DNA of 62,902 bases, filler included, from Olpidium bornovanus S191 (Eukaryota; Fungi; Olpidiomycota), in assembly GCA_017911155.1 (NCBI GenBank). It is 30 parts of 30 records of this genome, joined end to end, with 100 filler letters (N's around TTAATTAATTAA, not from the genome) between each part and the next. Parts side by side here need not be neighbours in the genome. Positions count along the whole stretch, not along the records: positions 21,557 to 23,095 come from JAEFCI010009431.1; positions 23,196 to 24,938 come from JAEFCI010006563.1; positions 25,039 to 28,740 come from JAEFCI010001378.1; positions 28,841 to 30,981 come from JAEFCI010010069.1; positions 31,082 to 32,148 come from JAEFCI010004275.1; positions 32,249 to 33,425 come from JAEFCI010011789.1; positions 33,526 to 35,109 come from JAEFCI010012476.1; 23 more parts are not named here. The stretch is one strand, 5' to 3'. A program made the position numbers and the translations under genes. How positions within the stretch are numbered: the first letter of the stretch is position 1; each line of letters begins with the position of its first letter. Below are positions 21,724 through 33,919 of the stretch, piece after piece. The notes under the pieces were generated by a model. It made no database searches. It worked only from the letters and a program-made list of their open reading frames with translations, and was not told the origin of the DNA.

Positions 21724-22842
21724 ATGCGGCCGCCCCGTCCTCTCGTCGTCGTCCTCGCCGCCGCGGCGCTTGTCGGCGCCCTCTTGCCGGGGCCCTCCGG
21801 AGCCTGCGCCGATCCTGCCGGTCGCGCCGCGGTGGACGTCCGCCCGGACGCGCCCGACGCGCCCTCGGCGGCAGGCCTGCACGCGGCCGGCACGTTCGCG
21901 GGGAAGCGACGCCGTTCGGCCGTCGTAAAGCGCGGGCTCTGGTCCTTGGGAGATTTCCCGTGGCCCTTCTCCTCGTCGTCCAGGCTGGAGCGGATCCACC
22001 GAGCGGCGACGATCGGCGCCGCGAAGGGCCTCACGTCAGGCGCGTTGAAAGGCCTCCGCGATGTCGCAGTCCAGTGCGCAGCCGATTTCAAGAATGTGTT
22101 GCTCTGCTCGCCGCTGCCAAGAGCCTCGCAGGCGCCGTCGTCCACGTCGTCTGCGGCTGCCTGGAAACTGAAGCTGTTTACCGCCGGAGCCATGGGGGGA
22201 TTCGCGCTGCGTGAAGCTGCGCCGCGGTTCTTCGGGAGCCGGGAAAACGCCGCGAAGGCCGCGAAGCCCACAGCGAGCGGTTTGGTCGAGCCCAAGGTTC
22301 CCGTCAGCGGGCCGCCCGCCGGTCCGGGAACAGGCGTTTCCGGCGCCGCTTTAGGGACGACGAGTCCCCTCGTTCCTGGCGCTCCGGGCGATCGTGCTGC
22401 GGCACTGCCGATCGAAGTTGCTGACCTCGCCCGCTCTGTGGGTGCGGTCGGTCCGGGCACCGCGTACGTCGTTCTCACTCCAGCCCCGCAGGCTCCCACC
22501 GCTGCCCCGAAGTCGCTTCCAGGAGATATCGCCGTGTCACCTCCTGCTGGCCCCCGGGTAATCGCTTCTCGTCACACGCCCGGAGTCGCCTCCCACACCG
22601 AAATCGACATCGGCAACCTCCGACTTTTCGTGGTGGTCCCGGATTCTGACCACGTGCGGCCGGCGGCGGCGGAACGGCAGTCATCGCCGCCGCAGCGTGA
22701 TTCGCAGCCACCATCACAGCAGCGTGATTCGCTGTCGCCGTCGGCGCCGCTGCCTCCATCGTCCCCTCCACCGGCGTCGCCGCAGCCCCCGCCGCTGCGC
22801 TCGTCGGCGGTTGTCACCGATTCTTTCGAACATCCTTCGTAG
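21724..22842 (+). CDS. Putative secreted protein (372 aa, intronless) with dibasic processing sites
   Basis: Complete ATG-to-TAG ORF; hydrophobic N-terminus (LVVVLAAAALVGALLPGPSGA), KRRR and VVKR|GLWS sites, Pro/Ser-rich C-terminus. Confidence 0.7.
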   Translation: MRPPRPLVVVLAAAALVGALLPGPSGACADPAGRAAVDVRPDAPDAPSAAGLHAAGTFAGKRRRSAVVKRGLWSLGDFPWPFSSSSRLERIHRAATIGAAKGLTSGALKGLRDVAVQCAADFKNVLLCSPLPRASQAPSSTSSAAAWKLKLFTAGAMGGFALREAAPRFFGSRENAAKAAKPTASGLVEPKVPVSGPPAGPGTGVSGAALGTTSPLVPGAPGDRAAALPIEVADLARSVGAVGPGTAYVVLTPAPQAPTAAPKSLPGDIAVSPPAGPRVIASRHTPGVASHTEIDIGNLRLFVVVPDSDHVRPAAAERQSSPPQRDSQPPSQQRDSLSPSAPLPPSSPPPASPQPPPLRSSAVVTDSFEHPS

Positions 22843-23390
22843 CCGCAAACGCTGACCAGACCAAACATTGTGCATTATTTGGCACCCAACACTAGAACGC
22901 CGGCCGACGGTTTTTTTTTAGACTCAATTCTAATTCATTGGCGGCTGCGGTTTCATCACGGCATTCGAGACGTGGGGGGGGGGGGGGGGGGGGGGGGTTC
23001 TCGTTTGGGGGGAATGGGGGTCCTTTTGCCCGGGGGTTGTGCGTAGGGGGGGTGTTGGGTTGGGGGCGGGCCCGGGGGGGCCGGCGGGGGGGCGGNNNNN
23101 NNNNNNNNNNNNNNNNNNNNNNNNNNNNNNNNNNNNNNNTTAATTAATTAANNNNNNNNNNNNNNNNNNNNNNNNNNNNNNNNNNNNNNNNNNNNCATGT
23201 TTTTGGGCTCGCGGCCTTTTCTCTTCCATATGCGTCCTCCCGTCACTGTCGCGCCTTGCGTGAGCTCGGTGTATGTAAAATATTCAGTACAAATAACGAG
23301 GACGCGGCCCACGATGCCATCTAATTCTTTCTTGCAGATTTACTGCGAAAATATCGCACTTTCGGTCGTCCGTTTTATGTCGTCAGTCGC

Positions 23391-23547
23391 ATTACGCGCT
23401 CCTCCGAGATCGAACGTCTTTCAGAACCTTGGCGGGCCTCGGCCGGGCATTCCATAAACGCAACCCAGCTTGGCCCTAAAAACCCCTATTATTTTTTTTT
23501 TTTCCGCAGCAGGGCTCGTCGGCAAGCGCAGCTCCCAACTCTGGCTC

Positions 23548-23586
<39 letters not shown>

Positions 23587-23615
23587 CCCCCCCCGTTTTT
23601 TTTTTGGGGGGGGAA

Positions 23616-23655
<40 letters not shown>

Positions 23656-23734
23656 TTCCCCCCCCCCCTCCCCTTTCTCCCGCGGGCAGAAATTACCGCC
23701 TGGGATTTCACAAGACTTCTCGCTTCCCCCGACG

Positions 23735-23805
<71 letters not shown>

Positions 23806-24780
23806 AAAAAAACGGTTGTCCGGCACAAATTCCGCGGACGTGGCGCAGGGCGGGTAAGGGGTGGTTGAGGGGAAAGGAGGGTGCGGGGAAGGGGAAAGCG
23901 CAAAGAGACCAAAATGCAATGGGTACAACCCGTTTGAATTGGAACTCACCCATTTCGGCGTACGGGCTCTCCTTGAGGTAGACTTTGCGCAAAAAGTCGA
24001 CCATCGCGCCCGAGGCGAGAACGCTCTCCTCCAGGGTTTGGGTGTCGAAGTACGAGTGGTCGACCGCGAACGGGTTCTCCGGGGGGGGCGTCAGCGCCAG
24101 TTCCATCACCTCCGCGATGATCTCCCACACCGCGACGTCTGGGTGGCAAAAAAAACGAATACCCGTTTTGCGGGTGAGGAACCGCCGCCGCCGGCGCGCC
24201 CTGCGGGGCAGACGGCGTGAGCGACGTACCCTGCGTCTTCCAGTTCCCGACGGACGCCAGCTTCAGCGGATTGTCCTCCTCCAGCTTTTGGTCCTCCTGC
24301 AGCTTGATCAGGCGCCGGTGGTTCGATCGCAGCTGGCGTTCCGTCGCCGAACCAGCAGTTAGCGCTCCGTTGGATCCGCATTCGAACTGCAGTCCGGGGT
24401 CCCGAACCCGGCCTTACCCAGACGTACGGACACTTGTAACGCGCGTAACCAGCGATGAGGAAGGCCGTCTTTGATTGATCCTGGGCACCGCCACCACCCC
24501 CACCCCCGGCGTGCACGATGTCAGCGACCAGAAGCAGCTTGGCCGATCTGCACGTCGTCGCCGACGGAACCGACGACAGGTCCGCACTTTCTCCAACTCG
24601 TTATCGCACGGACTCGCCGGCGGGAGACCCATTGAGAGGGAGGTCAAGCTCAGCCTGCAAAACCGCAATTCAGCCCGCGTCCCAAGGCATATATTGCGGA
24701 CGCCGGTGTGAGGTCTTTCGGGTTACGTCCAGGAGGAAGCGTGGCCGGAAACTCACGCCCTTTGCGTCTTCGCAGACAAA
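23391..24780 (-). CDS. Hypothetical multi-exon protein (conserved-looking, family not recognised)
   Basis: Exon blocks SAKLLLVADIVH...TAFLIAGYARYKCPYVWVR and WEIIAEVMELALTPPPENPFAVDHSYFDTQTLEESVLASGAMVDFLRKVYL with splice signals. Boundaries approximate. Confidence 0.6.
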
Positions 24781-25038
24781 AACAGCTTGTTACTAAGAGA
24801 GGTCGAACGTGCGGACGCGGCAAAAAAAAAAAAAAAAAAAAAAAAAGGGGGAGAGAGTAAACGGGGGGACAAACCCCAACCAGCGGGTTTTTTTTGCCAC
24901 CCGGGGAACGGGCCCCCGGCGCCCCGGCGGGGGGGGGGNNNNNNNNNNNNNNNNNNNNNNNNNNNNNNNNNNNNNNNNNNNNTTAATTAATTAANNNNNN
25001 NNNNNNNNNNNNNNNNNNNNNNNNNNNNNNNNNNNNNN

Positions 25039-28000
25039 CATGACCCACCTTCTCTGCCTTTTGGCTAACGCGATGACGCGGAACCGCTGGTGCAGTGACC
25101 CTGTCGTCTTGGTATGCTGATTAAGACGGCCGATGGTTTCGCCCTTACCCCTATTGCCTGCGATGCGCTCGTCCAATGAGTGTGACGGGAAGCGTGCACT
25201 CACGTCGGCAACACACCCTAAATGGCTTAGGCAGCCTCATTATCCATCGTCCCAGAGCGTCTGCATAAGCGCTTTGTTGCCGTACGCCCATGCGGCGAGG
25301 GGAAGGCGGGAGTGACTGTGGACGTCCGACCGAAATCCCTTCGTGATTTGGCAGCATGGTGGCACGACTACTTTTGCGTCACCGGTCCCGGCATTCTGAA
25401 CGGGGCATGGGTCCCCGACCCCTGGAAACATCTGGAAAAGGTGTGGCTCCCGCACCCGTGTGCTTCAGGTTTTCGGGCGCGTGTACACCGGCCTTCGTTC
25501 GAGGCGAGAATTCACTCGGCTGGAACGCTGCTGAGTTCTGTTAAATCCAATCGGCCTTGTGTAGGCAGAGAAGACGGTCGACCCTCTGGGCATCATTGAT
25601 TCGCCGTCTGCGCTGGTTGACCGCCTAACTGGTCGAATGAGCAACCGAGACGTGTCCGCCCAGTTGTTCGTTGCCGTGTGCCGTTCTTTAGGCATGGAAG
25701 CAAGACTGGTTGCAAGCCTACAAGCGATCAGTTTCAGAGCACGGTCGAGAGTTCCCGAAAGCGATGACAGAGCCATTGAGCAGGATTTAGGCCGGGAGGA
25801 TGCATCGGTCGCCGGCCCAAGCGCGAGCGCTCCTTCTGGCACACCAAAGAGACCGAGAAACGTCTCAACTTCGGCCCGCAAACGGCGGCGGACGCTGAAT
25901 GAGACAGCACCCGGGGACGACGCTTGCGAGGACGCGGAAAGCGAGGCGGAGCTGCCTGGAAACTTAGGCCCGGACGAGTTGCCTCGCAAGAACCGTAAAG
26001 TCCACGCCGACGATCCCGGGCCGCCCGTTTTTTGGGCGGAGGTGTGGAGTCCGCAGGAGAATAAGTGGCTCTGCGTCGATGCTGTCGGCGGTCGCCAGGG
26101 GACGTTATGGAGATCGGTTGGCGACGAGATGGCGAAAGCTCTGGTGCCGGATGAGCGATGCGCCGGCAACGTGCTCGCCTACGTCGTGGCCTGCGAGGAC
26201 GGTAGGTTGTCTGACGCTCGTTGACGAGATGCGAAATCGACTGCTCATCGGCTGTTCGACGGTCCGCGCAGACGGTAGAATTAAAGACGTCACGCGGCGC
26301 TACTCCCGGCAGTATGCGTCGAAAACGAAGCGGCTGCGGTTGCCAGTTGCCAAGAACAGAGGCGATTGGTGGGAGGACACGATTGCCCCTTTCCGGTCGC
26401 GTGAGCAATCGGTGAGTATCGACGCGCGGGGCACCCGGTTAAGCCCCGGTCGACGGTCGCGGATTGTTCACGGTATTGAGAGCATCGGACACCAACACTT
26501 TGATCGACCAACAGCCTCGGTCAAGAAAGGAAGACGAAGAACTCGATGCCGCGGAAAGCGCCGAGGCGATGCCGAAGACGATAGCGGAGTTCAACAACCA
26601 CACGCTTTACGCCCTTGAGCGGCATCTGAAAAAATTCGAGGTTCTGGACATCACGGCGCCCGTATTGGGCACAATTCGGAACGAAAAGGTTTACCCTCGC
26701 AGCGCCGTGCGCAAAGTGAGGATAACTCCCGTCGATCGTGCCGACTAGCCGGGCCCCCGTATTAATATTGCTCTGTGCGGCCGCCAGTGTCATACCGTTG
26801 AGGCATGGATGAAGGAAGGCAGGGCCGTCAAGGTACATCCCTGTTTATTCGTCGTTGGGCGGACCCGGCGCCAATTTTGCGGGCAGGACTTAAATACCAT
26901 CTGGGTTCTTCGGCGGGGACCTGCCGTCCGCCGCCCCACGCGTCCTGTTTAGCCAGGCGAAGAGCCCCTCAAGTATGTCAAGAGCAGGGCAGTGACGACC
27001 AACGCGAGACGAGCGATCAATATGACGGAGTCGGGGGAGGTTCCGGACGTCGGGATTTACGCCGAGTGGCAGACTGAGGTCTTTGTGCCACCTCCGGTTG
27101 TTGACGTAAGCGCACCGGCTGGAATCGAACAAATTTGAGCAGCACAACATTGATACCCCTTTATATGTTTTCTTTTTTTTTTTTTTTCGTTCTTCCGCCG
27201 TCGGTGCCGAATATCAGGGCAAGGTCCCGAGGAACAGTTACAACAAGGTGGATCTTTTCCAGCCGTGGATGTTGCCAAAGGGTGCAGCCCACATCCCTAG
27301 TGAGTATCCGTTTTCAATGATTTGCGACTTTCTGCGCGGCCATATCCGAAGTGCCCGCCTGAACGCTCCGTATGTATAGTCAACGGGACTGGCAAGGTCG
27401 CGAGGAAGCTGGGCGTCGACTTTGCTGAGGCGGTGGTGGGTAGTGCTCGCGATGCCCATCGTCCACAAAAGAGACTTCCAGCCTTTGTTAATGAATTCAG
27501 TCGTCCTCCTTTGCCTAGGTTGGCTTTGACTTCCAATCGAGACGCTGCGTCCCAGTTGTCAACGGCATCGTCGTCCCTGCGGAAAGCGAACATTACATTC
27601 GCGAAGTACGGCAGCCGGCGGATTGCTGATTCTTTGTCGGCCCCCTCTTTTGCTAAGAAAACCCTGGCAAATCGGACATTTAGGCATACCGCGAAATGGA
27701 AGAGGAGCAGCAGCGGAAAGAGTACGAGAAGATACAGAAGGAAGCACAGGAAAAGAAGCGGCGCGAGGCGAAGAAGAAGGAGATCGAGCAGAGGCTGGCG
27801 GAGAGATACGGCACGGAGGTATGCCGCGCGTTCGACAGGTGCAATCTTTGCGGCGGCGGGAGTCTGAGAAACGGAATCGTCGTTTGCTAGAATCTGGAGA
27901 AGGACGGACACTTGTCGCCAGCCCATGCTGAGGAGGAGGATGAAACGGAAACGGCGGAAGGCGAGCGAGAGAGCCAACAGGATTCCGACAAAGCAGTAAT

Positions 28001-28050
28001 GAGCTCCGTCGCGTTTGGAGGCGGGTTCCACCTCGACATGAAAGCTTCCC
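25039..28050 (+). CDS. RAD4: DNA repair protein Rad4/XPC, multi-exon, 5' truncated, 3' end approximate
   Basis: SAQLFVAVCRSLGMEARLVASLQ, PVFWAEVWSPQENKWLCVDAV, IKDVTRRY, FNNHTLYALERHLKKFEV, EKVYPRSAV, GKVPRNSYNKVDLFQPWMLPKGAAHI, ARKLGVDFAEAVVG. Confidence 0.95.
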
Positions 28051-28840
28051 AGCTCGTACGAGGGAATGATTGTTCGCCCGCAGCGCCCCGCGCTCGAGCA
28101 TCGATGCCGACAGAGAGGGCTGCCGGTCGGCCTGTCGATTTATCAGCGTCGCTCTCGCCGACGGCTTCGAAAACCCCCAGGAGCCTTGCTGCCGCCGCCA
28201 GATATGCGACCGGCGACCAGGTGGCGGTCCGGGTGGTCAACGCGCCCAACCGGTTGAGAACCGGGGGATCTGACGGCAACGCCGACCGGCGGAATTCCAC
28301 CTCGACACCGAGAGCAGCGCCGCCATTGCCGTCCAGGAAGACGCCTACCAGTACCCGGCGAGTCGGGAGGGGCGACGTACGTCCTGATCACGAAGTCTCT
28401 GGCTCGCGTTGCGCAGCGTCTACGGGGCGGCGAACTGAAACCGCCGCCGCCGCCCGCGCGCCGCCCCTTTTAGCTGAAGCGCAAGCCAGCCCGGCAGAAA
28501 ACCACCACCTACGCGGAAGACGAATCGTCGCCGTCGTTATTTTCGGGCGAGACGTCTTCGGGGTCGGAGAGTCCGCCCGCACTCGACGACGGCGACTCCA
28601 GCGGGAGCGACCTGTCAGGATCGAGCGGCGACGATTTCCAGAAGACGCCTCTTCGCGCAGCGGCGGCGCCCGCGCCCGCGAGCTCGAGACCGAAGAGGGC
28701 CGCCGCGATCCAGTCGGCGTTGAGGACGAAGGCCATGGCGNNNNNNNNNNNNNNNNNNNNNNNNNNNNNNNNNNNNNNNNNNNNTTAATTAATTAANNNN
28801 NNNNNNNNNNNNNNNNNNNNNNNNNNNNNNNNNNNNNNNN

Positions 28841-30091
28841 CCACCCTGCGTGATGTCCGGGATGGGAAAACTGGAAAAGTGGCGGAACGCGAAGAATAAT
28901 GAAAGCAGAACTGGAGCCTGGACAAACGGCAAAAGAAAGCCCTTCGCCGGTGTAATATTGTTCTCTTTTAGCAACGCCTTGAGTTCCGCCTTGTAGCGGT
29001 CCGTGTCTTCCCGCTGCTTCTCTTTTATGCTCTTTCTAAGCTTTGTGGCCAGCTCTTGGTATTCGGGTTGTATGTTGCTCTGGCGGACAGTATTCCGGAG
29101 GGCAGACAATTGGACGGGGAACAACGCGAGGCGGAAGGCCAGTGTTGTGGCGGCGATGGTGGCCCAAAAGGGCAGGCCAGAGTACACATGTACGGCCTCC
29201 ACCACTTGCTCGACCAGACCCGCGGGGGTGTAACCGCCAAGGCCCAAGTCGGAGATGGATCCAATTTCGGTGATCACAGGCGAGCCAGCTTCCGAAGCGA
29301 AACCGGCAACCGCCGACCCTGTGTCCACAGTTTCGGCGGTGATATCAGGCCCCTCGTCCAGCGAAAACGGGGCGGTAGTTGCCGGTTCTAAGCAGACGCC
29401 GTTACGTACGACTTCCGCAGCCACGGTTTCTGAGGGTGCGGAAGCCGCGGCGAACGTCCGGTTTGCTACGGCGGTGACAAGTACCGACCGGCGCACGGCA
29501 GCGGGCCGCCGTTTGTGTAGGCCGACCAGTTGCGGCTCCGCAGCCACGGGGAAACCTTGACAGAGGCCGTGGAACGTGCTCGCACTCCGCGCTTGCGGAG
29601 AGACCGCCTAGACGCGGAGATGAAATCAGCACCGTGTTTCTGGCGTTTCTAGGCGCACAGTTTTAAAAATCAACCGAATGCGCTTACCCGTGCCGTGAAC
29701 GCATGTACCGGTGGTGTTCTGCGCGGCAGATATCCAGTCGAACTGTTTCCGTCGGCGGGGTGTGGACGGTGTTCTGAACGTTTAGGTTCGTGCTGGCGAC
29801 GAGGGACGGGGCGAGCCGAGCAACCGTTCCTCGAGCAGACGCAAGAGATTGCGGGACGGAGAGACGTCACGCGTCCGGGTAAAAGAAAACCTACACGAAG
29901 GGGGCTGCTGTGCGCGCAACTGCTGTTCCTGACGCCGCGAGCCTCGTTTGTCCGGAGGCCCTGCTCCAGTTGACTTTCGTGGTCCCCGAGCCGTTCGCCG
30001 CATCCGTTGAGACACGCAACAGCCGGCTCACGGCCGCAGCAAAACGTCCAAATCTCAGCGTCCTGGCCCTTCGGAAGTCAGCGGCGGCCAT
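28841..30091 (-). CDS. OXA1: Mitochondrial inner-membrane insertase Oxa1, 3' truncated
   Basis: DLGLGGYTPAGLVEQVVEAVHVYSGLPFWATIAATTLAFRLALFP...PFVQAPVLLSLFFAFR. The tentative start MAAADFRRARTLRFGRFAAAVSRLLR at 30091 looks like a presequence; 5' exon structure uncertain. Confidence 0.9.
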
Positions 30092-30887
30092 TTCGAAGGG
30101 TGCACGGTGCGGGGTCTCGCCGCCGCGTTTGTTTTTTTTTTCAGGCAGCGGATAGCGCGTTTCATGCGGTTGCGGCGACTGGCGGGCAAGCCCGGTTGAC
30201 GTAAACCGAATCACGTGACAGCCCGCGCCCCACCTGCCGCAGCTCTGCTGCCGTGTGGCCCGCCAGAGTGCAACAGCACAGCAGTCCTTCCTTCTTCCGG
30301 GCAGGTTCATCCCCCTGCAGAACTCTGAACCCTGCAAAACGTTCGAATTGCTGCTGCTTCCGCGGACATCATTCTACACCACGGTCGCATCCGTGGGGCT
30401 GTCCACCCGCTCCGCGCATCCATCGCGCAGGTTTTCTGTAGTGAGAGGATGCCTGTTTCTGCTTTCGGTGTCGTCAGCGATGCCCCGGAAGTTTCGGCCC
30501 TCTTTCATGTCCTGGACTTCTTCTCAATGCTTTCCACTGCACCGTTGATCCTGTTGTCGCTAGATCGTCATTTAGCTCCCGGTGCCTCCGCAGAAGCCCC
30601 CTTGCAATGAAAAAAACAAAGCACCGATAGACAGCAACGGGAAGCAATACCGGCAGGCATTCCCCCCCCCTCCTCCACCCGCCTTTACCCCCGTCTCCAG
30701 CGAACGCGAGGGGCCCACTGGCGACGTCGTTATTCCTCGCGGGCGACGCCGGAATGCGCGGAAGCGAAGGCGTGGTGGTGGGTGGAGCGGGGGTGGGTGG
30801 TGGCGGGTGGGGGGCGCATGAGCGAGAGCGCCGGGCCTCCCTGGCCCGCCCGCCGTCATTCGCTCCGCCAAAACGCCACTCGCGCCC

Positions 30888-30972
<85 letters not shown>

Positions 30973-31108
30973 CGCGCCGCCNNNNNNNNNNNNNNNNNNN
31001 NNNNNNNNNNNNNNNNNNNNNNNNNTTAATTAATTAANNNNNNNNNNNNNNNNNNNNNNNNNNNNNNNNNNNNNNNNNNNNAAAAGACGAAAAAGGAGAA
31101 CGCAGCAT

Positions 31109-32148
31109 ATGGCGGCCACCGCCTCCGCGCCCGCCGCCGACGCCACCGTTTCCGCGGCGGCGGCCGCAAACACTGCCTTCCTCCGGGAGAATCTTGCGGG
31201 GGTACCCGACGTGCCCGCTTCCTTCATCACTAACTCGTACCTCGCAGACCTCACCACGGGCGTCCGCTCGCGCCCCATACCATGGGAGGTGAGGGGTAGT
31301 TGTGTGACTTCGTGGCACCGAGCCCCCGCAACGTGGCAGGTCGCTGCTCCGTTTCCAGAGGCCGCAACTTCCGTGTTCTGCCTGCCCTGAGGAGTTCGGA
31401 AAACTTGATGATAGCGGGACTGGGAAGCGCTCGACGGAAGGCTAAAAAAGAAAGATGGAGAATGGGCGGCATCCGTTGCTGCTGCGCGCGAACGTCTGGA
31501 GAAATTTCCTCCGGAGGCTCATATGGAACGTCATGCTGTTTTTGGAGGCGTCCAGAGATCGGCCGGAATGTTAGATGGAACGTCGCTGTGTAGTTGGGAC
31601 CTCGCGCAGTGTGCTCACGTGCCACGACGGCGTGAAGATGCGGAGACGCGGGGCGGGACACGGGGACGGCGGCGTGTTTTGACGTAGCCGGCCAACTCGC
31701 AGCAAACCCAACCCGTGGGGCATGCCGGTTACATGACTGAGTGCTCGTTCGCACCGTGTGCTGATCAGCCGCTGGACGGTGGACCACTCCGCTTTGCGCA
31801 TGCCAGAATTATCAGCAGGCGAATCTCATCACCACTGCTGAGCTTGGCCTCGTTAAGGAGTATGGCAAGCTGACAACCGAGACCGCGAAGGTCGCCTCAA
31901 TCCAACAGGTGGAGTTTCTGCAGCGCTGTGATGTCCTCCGTCTTTTGCTTTCCGGCCCTGTTGTTTTCGTATGGCCGACAGGTGCGCTCCCCGTCCGGAC
32001 CGGCGAAGGACGTTCTGACAGGTCGCTGCCCCTCTCGGCCTCGCGCCAATAGAACGGATCGGCATACGCCAAGCTGTTCCTCACATTGCTCCAGAAACTT
32101 GTGCGTGTCGACACGATCCAGTACATACTCGTGCTCGTGGACGACATG
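31109..32148 (+). CDS. VMA13: V-ATPase V1 subunit H, 3' truncated
   Basis: NSYLADLTTGVRSRPIPWE and YAKLFLTLLQKLVRVDTIQYILVLVDDM are conserved subunit H segments. Confidence 0.9.
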
Positions 32149-32561
32149 NNNNNNNNNNNNNNNNNNNNNNNNNNNNNNNNNNNNNNNNNNNNTTAATTAA
32201 TTAANNNNNNNNNNNNNNNNNNNNNNNNNNNNNNNNNNNNNNNNNNNNCCGCCGGCCCCGGCACCGCAGAGCAGAATCCGCAAAGCAGAAACTGTCCATC
32301 GTTTTTCCAAATATTCGACAGACCAAGGTTCCACATCCTTCGATACAGCGTACAGTATTTCCGCTCATGGGCTTCCCGAGCTCGCTAATATGCTGCGGGG
32401 TGTATGACGGGTTTAGCGTTGCCCAATTCAAACGCTTTTTTTTTTCGTCTTTTCTGGCTTTTTTTTTCCTTTTAGAAAGATGGCGGGTGTGTGTGTGTTG
32501 GGGGGGGGTGTATGTAAGTGACGAGAAAGCCCCTTGAGTCCCTTTGACACCAGATATGAAT

Positions 32562-33425
32562 TTAGGGAAAGATATGGAAGGATACAGCCGGATGGGGAAT
32601 AACGGACGGCTCCTCGGGGCGCGGCACCTGGAATGCATCTACACGCGCCTCAGCCGGCCGTGTCGTTTCCGCCTGCGGTGGCCGCTCGCTCTCGCCCCGG
32701 CCGAACGTGAGCCATTCATCGTCGAGTCCGTCGGCGTCAAGGCGAGCCGCCTGCACAGCGACTCGCCTCGTCCAGAGCTGTTGGCTGATCGCCCGCAGCG
32801 TCGATAGCGGGACGACGTTCAAGAGTGTGGCGACGTCGACGGTCGCCTTTGCACCCAACACGGCGTCAACGACTAGCTGCTCCGGGTCGCCTTTCCTTAC
32901 CGGAGTCTGCAGCTCGTACTGCTTCGACGGCTCCGCCATCGGAACCGCTCTCTTTGCCGCCTCATTCGGCGCCGCCGCCGCGACCGGCTCCGATCTCCTC
33001 ATCTCGACGTCGTCTTCGACCGAGACCACCGCCGTGGGCCCAGGGGTCGACGGCCTTGCCCGACCGTAGGTCTTTGCGCGCGTCGTCAGCGTGGCCCACT
33101 CGGGCTCGTCGCCCCGCGCCCGCTTCGTTCTCTCGGCCGCGTCGCCTTGCTGCCGTGCTCGTTTCTCGTCAACGGCGACCGTCTGCACCCTCACCGCGCG
33201 GAGCTGAATCGCGTTGGTCCGACCGATTGTCCCAGTCCGTTCGCCGACGAAGACCGCCTTCATTCCTCCTGCACCAAGGCGGCCGACCGGGAACGGCCGC
33301 AAGTCGAGCCGACAGACGAGGCCGCGGCCGTCGATCCGGACCTCTCCGCGATCGAGCACCTGACGCAGGTACTTGCATTCTCGACGCAAGTGACCCTCCC
33401 GGTCACACCACATGCACACGCGTGC
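32562..33425 (-). mobile_element. LTR retrotransposon gag fragment (CCHC zinc knuckle plus DUF4100-like region)
   Basis: CMWCDREGHLRREC (Cx2Cx4Hx4C), then LRQVLDRGEVRIDGRG and EQLVVDAVLGAKATVDVATLLNVVP, the layout of fungal gypsy-like gag ORFs. Intronless. Confidence 0.72.
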
Positions 33426-33698
33426 NNNNNNNNNNNNNNNNNNNNNNNNNNNNNNNNNNNNNNNNNNNNTTAATTAATTAANNNNNNNNNNNNNNNNNNN
33501 NNNNNNNNNNNNNNNNNNNNNNNNNCCCTGAGCGACTTACGTCCATCCGTAACAACCCGTGTAGAATGCCCGTAACTCGCCCCCGTTCGTATGATAGTCA
33601 GATCATATGTATCCGCTTTTCTTAAAACGAGCGTTTGAAACATGAGCTAATTAGCGGTGGGAATAGCCCGGGCCTGAAAAAGAGAACGGTCGCCCCCC

Positions 33699-33759
<61 letters not shown>

Positions 33760-33919
33760 AGGGTCCGGCTGTCACGGCTATTTCCACCCTCCCCCGTCGT
33801 TCGCCCTCACAACACAACCCGAAACCCAAACCTGGCCAGCTTGGCCAAACCCCACGTTGGTTTTACGTGCGCTCCCGGCGAACCCACCCCGGCCCGCGGA
33901 AAGAGATTTCCCGCGAAAA

